Source of the DNA: Torpedo marmorata
Lineage: Eukaryota
DNA length: 64,000 nt
Direction of reading: 5' to 3'
NCBI GenBank assembly: GCA_977017645.1
Contig: OZ360247.1
Span: 15,190,001-15,254,000 of the forward strand
Program-made: the position numbers and the translations under genes
Part shown: piece after piece, positions 39,801 through 51,800 of the stretch
Position numbering within the stretch: position 1 is the first letter of the stretch
Layout: each line of letters opens with the position of its first letter
The notes under the pieces: generated by a model
Seen by the model: the letters and a program-made list of their open reading frames with translations, nothing else
Told to the model about the DNA's origin: nothing
Database searches by the model: none

Positions 39801-42800
39801 TGTTCAAAGGCAGAGCAGACCCGAGGACTCAAATGGCCAACTCCTAGTCCTATTTTATTTCCACAAGACATATAGATATTAGAAGATAACAGCTCATCTC
39901 TCCATTCTCCATTGAGCTCTCTCTCCGACTTCCATACTTCTATTAGCAACTATGTGGTTGGACATTTGTTTTGAATTAAGAATTTCAGGAATTTGAAATG
40001 GGCACATCAATGGCCCTTTGTGAAATAATTTATCTTTTTTTCTCTACAGAGGATCTTTGGCACTGTTTGGAACAAGCCAGTGGAAAGCCTATTAATGATG
40101 TAATGAGCTCATGGACAAAACAGATGGGATTTCCTCTCATTTGTGTTGAAGAAAAGCAGGTAGGTGACTTAGTTCTATCTATATATCTATGCCTTTTGAG
40201 AGACCAAGAAAGAGTGAAATTGTACAAACTTGTATTGCAGGTAAACTTGCAACACTATGACAGGTAAAATAATGGATGAGGTCCTGGAATTTGAACTTGG
40301 GAAGCTAAAAGGGAAATTAAAAAGGATTGAAGGTTGTAATCTCTGAATTACCTCCAGTGTGCTAGCAAATAAAGGGATATAGTAGATGAATACATGGCTG
40401 GAGTGATGGTGTAGAAGGGAGGGCTTAAAGCTCTGGATCACTGGGACCATTTCTGGGGTAGGTGGTCCAATAAGAACACAAGAAATGGGAGCAGCCTGCT
40501 CCGCCATCAAATAAGATCATGGATATCGCCTCAGCTCTATCTCCCTGTCTTTTCCCCATGACCCTTAATTCCCCTATCTTCCAAAAACCTATCTGTCTTA
40601 AATGTATTTAATAAGTTAGCCTCCACTGCTTCCTTGGGCAGAGAATTCCACAGATTCGCTACTCTGTCATAAATCTACTCTCCTGAATGTTGAGGCTATG
40701 TCCCCTAGTTCTAGTCTCACTTACCAGTGGAAACCACTTTCATGCCTATATCTTATCTATCACTTTCATAATTTTGTATGTTTCTAGAAGATCCCCTCTT
40801 ATTCTTCTGAATTCCAGTGATTATAGTCCTAGGTGACAATCCCTCCTCAAAGGCTAACCCACTCATCTCTGGAAGGAACTTGATAAACCTCCTCTGCACC
40901 AGACTGATTCCAGAGATAAAGTCCTTGTGGGGTTCTGCTTTACTAGTGCTGTTGAAAGTCTAAACTAATTTGCCTGGGTAATGGGACACAGAAGAGAAGT
41001 ACAATAGGATGTGAGGAACCAACAAATATAGAAGGAAAATTAATCCTCTGGACATGCAGATTGGATTGCATCTATTTTTAACACAAAGGTGTTGATCAGA
41101 AAAGCTGATAACTGAGGGCAGTGATTAAAATGGGAATATGACATTGTTGCTGTAATGGAGAGGGTTGAAAGATAGATAGGGCAGTGAATGTTCCAGGATA
41201 TAGAAGCTTCATTGGAGCATATAAAAGAGGTGACTGCATTATAGTATTAATCACAGACTACATTTCTGCAGTAAGAAGGAAGATATTCCAGAAGGTTCTT
41301 CAAATAAGGCCTGATGGATGAAGCTTAGCAACAAAAAGGGGTGATCATTTTGCCAGAGAGGTGCTCTATAGGCCTCCACGCTATCATCAGGAAATAGGGG
41401 ATTAGATATGAGAGACCTAAGAGATGACCTGTGCATGATGCTGGAGACCAGGTCTTAAATAAATATTAAATAAATAAATATACTGTATACCTTGATGAAG
41501 GGCTCAAGCCCAAAACGTCGGTTATGTATTTTTATCTTTGCTATATAAAGGACACTGTTTGACCTGCTGAGTTTCTCCAGCTTTGTGTTTTTACTTCAAC
41601 CATGGTGTCTACAGATTTTCGTGTTTTACTTAAATAAATACTTCTCATTAGTATTCGCTGTAGAAAAGGGCATTGTGGTTGGAGAACAGGATAGGCTGGG
41701 TTTGTTTTTGTCTGATTCCATAGGAGGTAAAGATATATAACCAATGTTTTGGGCCTGAGCCCTTCTTCAAGGGATGCCTACCCTGAAGAAGTTTTCCTCC
41801 TCTCTTCGAACTGCTGAGTTCCTCCAGCACTTCTTTATATTTACTACAATCACAGCGTCTGCAGAGTGTTCAACAGTACTTCATGAAAAGCAAACCCAGC
41901 GTATCCTATGATCCAGACAATGTCCTGGTGCCTGTTCTCTGCACTCCCTCCACTGTAATTACATCCTTCATGTGGTGTCGCGACTAGAACTCCTCCAATA
42001 TTCCCAGTACGGTGTCACTAGTGCAATACACAAAGGTGCTGGTGAAATTCAGCAGGGGGTCACGCAGCATCTACATGAAGTAAACGGTAACCAATGTTTC
42101 GGGCCTGAGCCCTTCGTCAAGGTAGGAGCAAAAAACAGGCAAGTGCCTGAATAAAAAGGTAGAGGAGAAGGGGGTAGGAGTGGAGGGAGGAAGGAGGAGC
42201 ACAGCCTAATGGGTAAAAGATGGATACAGGTGGGAGGGTAAAAGAGAAAAAAGCAGAGAAGTGATGGGGGAGGGGGCAGCTCTGATAGGAGAGGGAAGTG
42301 GGTGGGGAGCTGGAAACAGGGTTAGGGAAAGAGAGAGACTCGGGGGAGGGGTTTAACGGAAATTGGAGAAGAGATGCTGCATGACCTGCTAAGTTTCTCC
42401 AGCACATTTGAGGCGGCACGGTTAGCGTAGCGATTAGCGCAATGCTGTTACAGCGCCTGCGATCGGGGCCGGGGTTTGAATCCCCCAATATCTGTAAGGA
42501 ATTTGTACGTTCTCCCTGTGTCTGCGTGGGTTTCCTCCAGGAGTTCCAGTTTCCTCCCACCCTTCAAAACGTACTGGGTGTTGTAGGTCATTTGGGTGTA
42601 ATTAGGCGGCACGGGCTTGTGGGCCGAAAGAGCCTGTTACCGTGCTGTATGTCTAAATTTAAATTTGTTTGTGTATTGCACTCGACCCCAGCATCTGTGG
42701 ACTTTCTTGTTTAACTCCACAGTCTCACTAGTGTTTTGCAGAGTTGCAATGTAATGTCACAGCTTTAATATTTCTATACCCTAACTTATGAAAAAGACCA

Positions 42801-45800
42801 TGCCATATTCTTGATCGCTCTATCTACCTGTGCCTGTCAAATTTGCAGAACTATGGACTTGCACCCCTACCATTCACTGTGCGTGCATGTGTTGTATCCT
42901 ACATGATTTCCTCGAGTGCATCTGTTCATGTCCGAATTAAATTCCATCTGATCTATATCCTGTTGCAGTCTTGAACATCCCCGCCTCATCAATTTTGTTT
43001 CAGTCACAAACTCATCATACATCTACATTCACTTCCTAGTCATTACTGTAAATCACAAATTCCAGTTGCCTTTGTTATGTCTCCATTTTTTTCAATCAAA
43101 TCTTCAGTATTCTTTGTCACCCAAGGATCCCTTATCATACTGCCTTTGCCATTCATTCTTACTAGAACATGCTGGCTCTGAACTTGTTACTAACTCTCTT
43201 TAATAGATTTGCATTTATCAGATGTTTTGCCCTCAAGCATATTTTACAAAGTCCACTCTTGCGCAGTTGAAATTGACCTTCTCACATTTAACAATGACTA
43301 ACCTTGTGCTTTTCCATAACTACCTTAGAATTATGGTCACTTTTCCCAAAGTGTCCCCTCTTCTTCCCCCCACCCCCCCCCCCCCCAAAAACTGCATTTG
43401 CACCACTTGCACAGCTTCATTTCCTAAGACGAGGCCAAGTACTGCCTTAAAGGGCGGCGTGGTTAGCTTAGTATTTAGCATGTGTTTCCTCTGGGTGCTC
43501 TGGTTTCCTCACACTGTTCAAAACGTTCCGGGGGTTGTAGGTCAATTGGGTGTAATTGGATGGCATGGGCTCGTGGGCGGGAAGGGCCTGTTACTGTGCT
43601 GTATATCTACATTTAAATTTAAAACTGTCTAAATATTGTCCTAAAAAATTCCCTTGGATGCACTTAACAAATTCCACCCCATCTGCGCACCCCTTCCACT
43701 AAGGCAATCAAGGTCAATGTCGGTAAAGTAAAAAAAACCACAACTCTAACTCTATTATTCATGCACCTTTCCACAATTTGCTCACATAATCTGTTCCTCT
43801 AATTCATGCTGATTATACTGTTGGGAGGCCTACAGTACAATTCCTGTATAAACAATCACACCACTTTTGTGACCTCGTAGGACATTGCCTCCAGGATATC
43901 CCCCTAAATACTGCTCTGACGTTCTCTCAAATCCATAAAGTGACCTCCAACCCACATTTGGAATGTCAAAACCATGGTACATCAGTCTGCTGGTCCTCCC
44001 CTTCCCTCAACCACGTTTCTTTGACTACATTAATATAGCTCCTGATTCACACTCTCAGCTCATCTGATTTGCCTTTGAAGTTCCTTGTAGTAAATCCAGT
44101 TGAGCATGCCTGCCTTGTCTGCTCTACCTACAGACTTTGATTTATCCTCTGTTTGCCTTGTGAATATGCTTCCCATCCCCCTGCTAGAGTGTGAGCAAAC
44201 CTCCTTGCAAGAATACAAATCCCCTTCCCAATTCGGGTGCAGATTGTCCTCCTTGTCCAGGTCCCACCTGCCCCTATTCCATGCACCTGCCCTTTAGCCA
44301 CTGGTTCATCTGTCCTGTTCTTATATTTGTACCCTGACTAGTTCGTGGCACAAGGAGAAATCCTGAAATATGACCCTGGATGTCCTGCTTTTTAACCTTC
44401 AACCTAACTCCCTAAGTGCACTTTGCAGTACCTTGTCCCTCTTTCTACCAATGTTGTCAGCACCATCATGTACTACAACCTCTGACTGTTTTTCCTTCTG
44501 CTTCAAAATGTTCTGTACCCGATCTGAGAGAACCCCGACCCTGGCACGAGGGAGGCAACATATCATTCTTGAGCGTTACTCTTGGTCGCAGAAGCATCTG
44601 TTCCCCTCGCTAACTAATCCACTACCTCTTCTGCTTGCCTTGACTTTTCTCTCCCCTGTTGTTCAGAGCCAATTGTACTGATACAAAACTGGCTGTGGTG
44701 CCATTTTCTTTTAAGAGGCCATCACTCTGCCACCGCCCCACCCCCCACCCCTTCCCCCACTCCCCCAATGAACATAGTACTATCCAAAATTATGTACTTG
44801 TTAGAGGGGATTGACAACGGGGGACTCTTGCACATACTGCCCTTCAAAGTGGTTACTCGTCTCCTTTTTTCTGTACCTGCAACATGACCAACTCGCTAAA
44901 TGTACTATCTACCACCTTTTCTGCATCCAAGATGCTCTAGCAAGTCTAAATGCAGCGCTAACTGCTCCCTGTCTTTCTGGATACTCCACTTTGAGCCATC
45001 ATGGGGCAAGAATTCCCATTTGTTAGGTGAGGATGATCAGTTTTTCCTAGGAGACTGAAAATATTCTTGTTTTACCAGTCTTTCTGGAAATCTCTCTCCA
45101 TCCTTTCTGTAAAGTACCATATTTTCTTTTTGGCATTTGTGAAATTGCTAGCATTATGTATCCCATTGAAACATCTATAACTTTGCAGTTTCTTCATTCT
45201 ACTTAAATGTATTGTAGATAGGAATTTGAGATTGGAATCTTGTCACAAAACCTTCAACTTTGTTTTCTTCATGACATTGGCTACATTAGCATCTAAAAAT
45301 AAACTAAAATTCTTTTTCAGGAAAGAGATGACCGAATTTTGAAGATTTCCCAGAAGAAATTCTGTGCCAGTGGATCATTTAGTGGTAAGAACATGTGCTG
45401 CTTCTTTCAATATTGAGAAACCTCTTTATCCAATATTGAGAAACCTCTTTACTCCAGAATTGGACACTTTTCCTTTTCATAGAACATTAAAAATAATACC
45501 TGTTAATTTTCTATGTATATTTCAATGCAAGGTGCTGTGTTCCTCAAAGGATTTCAATTATACCATACTTTGTTTAATCCACAAAAATAACAATTTGCTT
45601 GAGAGTTTTTATACTCAATGAAAAGATTAGGAGTTAAGGAATTAAATATTTTTTTAATTTTACCATAGCAACCAGACTTCACAACATGGAAATAGCAGGC
45701 ATTTGCTGTAGTTTCAACTTTCTGTCACTGTGCCCAAACAATGGGAGAGACAAAAGCAAATGAGCAACATTTTCAATTAGTGTTATCTAGACTAATTTCC

Positions 45801-48800
45801 CTTAAATTTATTATTTTCAAAACTTCACAAAAAAAATCAAGTACAGTATTCTTGGACTAACGATTTTGAACAGGAGAGAGATTGTCATCACCTCCAAGTG
45901 GTTAGGAATGAGGATTGAAACCCAGCTTCAAGGTATCTGTCATGGGAGGCAAAATTTGAATTTTTGTCAATGTTCTTATATGAAGCAGAAGAAAAAGGTC
46001 CTGCTGACACATTTGGCAATCTTTTATGTGAATATAATTAGAGGTAAATTTTACATCAAATGGAGTTGACCATATCATATTTTACTCTTTCATTTCTAGC
46101 ATGCTAATGAATCCAGAGTGATAGACACCCCTCTCCCAGTGAAAAGATAGAGGAGATAAACCACAATAGGCTGATAACAGTAATCACCAACATTAAAATG
46201 CAATGGATAGTTGTTGCACTGGGGTTTAATGTCCAGCAGCCAAACAGCACAATGCATGTGTAAAAACTGCATTGGATTAAGCTAAGTGGATCGCTGGTTG
46301 ACATTTGTACTCAAGACTCAATCATGGAAAATGATCACTTGTGTGAGATGTAAAAACACAATGCTGGAGAAATTCAGCAGGTCAAATAGCATACTTTATA
46401 TAGCAAAGATAAATATAGATAAGCAATGATTCGGGCCTGAGCACTTCATCAAGGTGTGTGAGATGAAAAGGTCTCCTGCTCTTAGAATTGTAGCTCAGAA
46501 GATGGGTATTCTGAAGAGGTAAGGAAATGAATGATGGGGAAGTACCTGAAGATGTTGGGTTTGTTGTTTTTTTGTTTTCCTTTAGGAAACAAGCTGAGAG
46601 ATTTCCATTTTCCTTTGAGATTTTTTTACAAGAATTCCCTTGTTTCACCTTCATGGTGACATCAAGTTTATGAATTGTCTGCTTTCCATGTTTATAAAAT
46701 TTTCATAAATTTGTGTACTGTATTTCCAAACTTGAGAGTGAAGAAGGTTCAAAAAGATCTTTAAACTTTAATTTTCTTCTTTCACGAGTATCTTGTGACT
46801 CTTGTCAGTCTGGAAATTATTTTGCATGTGTTAATCTGAGGCACTCTCTGCTGTTTTGCTTTCCCTTCTCAAGCTTCTCCACACCTTTGATTTGGTATTT
46901 GCCCAAACACTAACCAAATATGGGGATTCATGCAATCGAATGAGAATCTGAAATCTATCGTGTCTGGTTAATAGAGCATTCTAACCATGCTTACCCAAAT
47001 TGCATTTTAGTTTATCAACTTGATCTACTTGCATTTGGTGACATTTGTCTCCTTGGAACCTAATGGTAACCATGTTCATCAGTAACTCCAATTAAACATA
47101 AATTATAAGATCATAAGACAAAGGAGCAGAAATAGGCTATCCAGCCCATCAAGTCTGCCCCACCATTCAATCATGAGCTGATCCATTTTCCCACTCAGCC
47201 CAACTGCCCGGCCTTCTCCCCATAACCTTTGATGCCCTGGCTAATCAAGAAACCATGTTATTTTCCCCCAACAATTATTGGAATGCAAAACATTGTCAGC
47301 ACACCAGATTTGTGGCAATGGATATTTGAGTGAGCTTAATTTAATAAGTAGGAGATCTTTTGGAATGGCAAATTCTCCCACAATAATGTCATGAAGGTTT
47401 CAATGGGAAATATGCTGAGGAATGAATTTGAGGATGAAGACCTTGGGTCCATAACTTGTGTTTTCAAATGAAACAAGGTTGATTATTATTGGTATTTTGA
47501 GGGGGGGGGGAGGAGAGAAAGGAGGAGAGTTGGCAAACAAGATACAGATCAGCAGAGGAACAGAGACAGATACTTAAAGAACTGGTTTATAATGCTCAGC
47601 AAGTGGGATTCCATGAGAAGGGGGGATAACGTGCAGTTAACAAACAAGGTGAAGGGTAATGTTATATTGAAGAGGAGGGTATACAAAGTAGCAAGGGCTA
47701 GTGGTAAGAGTGGGAAATTTATTGGAGTCTGCATCGGAAGTTCAAAACGTTTATGGGAGAAGATGAATTTTGAAACAAAACTTGCATGCAGTATAAAAAG
47801 CGCACAGTAAAAGTCCCTATGGATATATAAATAAGAGCATGGCTAAGATAAATGTGAGGCCTATAGTCAAGTCACCTTTATTTGTCGTTCATTACCATAT
47901 ACACAGTAAGACGAGATAGTGTTTCTCCAGGACCATGGGCAGATGTACATAAATATCATAATACAATAAAAAAACTATAACATGCTAATACACATATATA
48001 TCTAGGAATTGAGGAGCCTGATGGCTTGGGGGAAAAAACTGTTGCACAGCCTGGATGTACGAACCCGAGTGCTTCGGTACCTCCTTCCAGATGGCAAAGG
48101 GGAAAACAGTTTACCAAAGGGGTGTGAGAAGTCCTTCACAATGTTTTTAGCCTTCCTCATGCATCGTGTGTTGAAGATGTCTGTCATGGTGGGGAGAGAG
48201 ACTCCAATAATTTTTTCCGCTGACCTCACTATCCTCTGCAGGGTCTTTCGGTCCGAGATGGTACAGTTTACAAACCAAGCGGTGATGCAATTGCTCAGAA
48301 TACTCTCAATGCATCCCCTGTAGAATGTAGTAAGGATAGGGGGTGGGAGATGAACTTTCCTCAGCCTTCGCAGGAAGTAAAGACGCTGCTGGGCTTTCTT
48401 GACTATGGAACTGGTGTTGAGGGACCAGCTGAGACTCTCCGCCAAGTGCACTCCAAGAAACTTGGTACTCATTACGACCTCAACGGTAGAGCCGTCCATG
48501 GTCAAAGGAGAATGATCCCCCCCCGGGCCCTTCTGAAGTCGACAACCAACTCTTTTGTTTACGTTCAGCTGCAGGTTGTTGTTTCCGCACCATTCCATTA
48601 GCGACTGCACCTCATCTCTGTATGCTGACTCATCGTTCTTACTGATAAGGCCCACCACGGTTGTATCATCAGCGAACTTTATGATGTGATTCGAGCTGTG
48701 TTTTGCTGCACAGTCATGAGTCAGCAGGGTGAACAGCAATGGACTAAGCACACAGCCCTGGGGAGCACCCGTGCTCAATGTAATGGCCTTAGAAGTGCTG

Positions 48801-51800
48801 TTTCCAATCTGGACTGCCTGAGGTCTTCCCGTCAGGAAGTCTAGGATCCAATTATAGAGGGTGTAGTTTAGGCCCAGCCCCCTCAACTTCCCTATCAGGT
48901 ACTGAGGTATGATCGTGTTGAATGCCGAGAGAATGAGGGTGGTGAATTATAACGGCAAACTAAAAACTGGCAGTTATGTTCAATGTTTTTTGCATCAGTC
49001 ATCACCTTGGATGCCATTGTTAGTGTTCCTAAGATATCTGATGGGCTAATTAAAACTTGCATGGTAGAACTTTAAAAAAATCCTAATTGCAAAGTTTAAA
49101 GTTTTGGAGAAACTCTAGGCTAAAGGTGGAAGGTCACCAGGACCCGATGGATTGCATGCCAGGGTTTCAATTTCATTTGAAGATACTGCACGATAACGGG
49201 CCCTTCCGGCCCATGAGCCCACGCTGCCCAAACACTCGTGACCAATTAACCTTCTAACCCTGTGCGTCTTTGGAATGTGGGAGGAAACAGGAGCACCTGG
49301 AGGAAATCCACATGGATACAGGGAGAACAAGCAAACTCCGTACAGTGGTGGAAGCTGGATCATTGGAAACATTTAGAGGTAGAAAAAATTAATAGATTGA
49401 GGAATAGAGGGGTATGGAGAAATGACACGAAAGAGGAGTTGAGGCCTTGAAGATAGATGGCATCTTGGTTCTGAAGAGAACAAGCGGTGTAAGCCAGATG
49501 GTTGCAGGTTCAGGTGAAATGGTGCTCAGCAATGATGACAAGGAATGACTATTTCAGGCATGGGGTTAAAGTTAAGTTTTCAGTCTTCCCTACATTGAGT
49601 TAAAGGAAATTTCTTGGGCGGGATGTTGAGCAATCAGTCTTATCATTTTGCAGAAGTGGCGGGATCAAGTGAGGTGCTGACATGGATGTGGGTATCATCA
49701 GCATTCATCTAAATGCTGAACAATTAAATGAGGAATGGCAAAAATAATAGTTGGGGAAAAGAAACCATTAGTGGAGTACTCTAGACCTCAAGCTCGAACT
49801 GGATAGGTAAATATGAACAAAAGCTAGTACAGTTGGACAGCAAAGGAGATGTATTGAAACAGACTGATCTTGTCAACCGTGTCCATTTCCAGTTGGTGCT
49901 GAATTAGGGATAAGGAATCTTCCTTATTCTTCCTAGAAAGTAAACATTTGTCTGTGAATGTAGCCTAATGTGCTTGAGGTGTATGTTTAGGGATTGCTTT
50001 ACCTTTTGTCAAATTGTCGCCTTGTGCTTGTTGTCTTGGGCTGGTAGGAAATGAACACTGGATGATAGATTGCAACCAAACACCAATGGATTTCATCTTT
50101 TGGAAAATGAGTGTGTAAAAGGGGATGCTGCTGGTTATGTTTTGTTTTCAAGTTGCTGGGGGTTTTAGAATGCAAGCATTTCACCAAATTTCACCTATAT
50201 GGGAGAGTTATTTTGACTGCTAGCTGATTTGACTACAGACAATTGTGCATCACATTTTGTGAACCCAATGATTTTTTTCTTAATGTTAATTTCTGCCAAG
50301 CACACTGTATTTGACTGACTTTAAGAAACAATTGGATAAATTCAGAGGAAACTCCTGTTTTTGCTCCTTGACTGATGAAAATATAATGACTCGCATATCA
50401 TGTTATATTCATGGTACTTGCATTACACATCATAGGGCTGGGATTGATGGAGGATGTACCTGATAGCCATTACCTTTTTAAAAAGTATTTAGCAGAAAAC
50501 AAGATCTTAAAGGTACTCGATGAATTCCACAAAGGTTTTTTTCAAGCACATAAAATATAGTTTACCAGAATCAGACTTCGCTAGTCTTTGGAAGTAAGCT
50601 GGTTAAATATTGGGAATTTCAGAATCAGAATTTATTGTCATGAACAAGTCATGAAATTCGGTTTAAACAGTTTTTAAGTAATTTCCCTCCGTGCTGTGCT
50701 CCTGTACTTCATTGCTTGGTGACTGTAGAGTACCAGTATTAAAACAGTCATATGAATACTTTAGCTTATCACTGGTCTTATTTCAAAATCTTATGGATAA
50801 TTAACCTACATTTTGCAATGTTTTGGCGCAGAGGCTCAGAAGCTGCAGCAGGGAAACGAGCCCTTCAGCCTATCAACAAGTTCCCATTTACACTGACCCT
50901 ACAATAAACCCATTTTATTCTCCCCGACATTTGGATCAACTTCCTCCGATTCTGTCACCGAGCTGCATATCAGCGGCAGATAACAGAAGCCCATTAACCC
51001 ACACGTGTTTCTGATGTGAGAGAAAACCACAACACTTAGAGGAAACTCACATGGTCACAGGGAGAACATGTAAACTCCACACGGACAGCAGTAGAGATCA
51101 GGACTGAACCTAGGTCACTGGGGCTGTGAGGTGGCAGCAGCTGCATCACTGTGGCATCCCTCAGCTTAATTTCTAACTTGTGTGTTCCTTTTTATCTGAA
51201 TGGAACTTAATAACCAGTTTAATTTAAATATTCAAAGTTATTAAAGTGATTGACTTCAGTCATTCTAAAAGCACTTTGCACTCTTTAATATTATTAATAT
51301 TCATAAAATGTTACCCAAAGAAACTCCATTCCAAATTCATGGTGGGGTTTCGGTAACCTCTGAAGAAGCCATTTTCTCCCTCTTGGAGCTTGTGCTGTGA
51401 TAGCTCTGGAGGAGGAGTTGCATTCTGTACCAAGGACCTATTCATAGTGTCTGATTACTGAAGTGACTCTCTTTTAACAAAGATCTACTGGTACAAATGC
51501 ATCAAATTCATGCTTTGTTAATATGGGAGAACTGTTGAGTGAATTTGGTCTGTTGTAGTGAGTGGAATAAGGACATAAAAGTAGCATTAAATTGACAAAA
51601 TATGGCATTGGATGGATCCTTCTATCTTTTTGAAAAAGTTTAATGAATCTACAGAATGTTTTTATCATTTAGTGATATTTGTCTGTCCCAACTAACTTCA
51701 TAGAGAGTGGAACCCAGCAAAGTCAGCTCAAGGTCTGTTTAAATTCCTATTTAAAAAAAAAAAAATCCTTTGTTTTTCACTTTTCTTCCATTTCTGGTTC

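Noticed and set aside
45408-45452. 23-nt tandem duplication (caatattgagaaacctcttta x2); also aatagagatctct x2 at about 6037-6062
   Set aside because: Ordinary local slippage duplications with no further structure.
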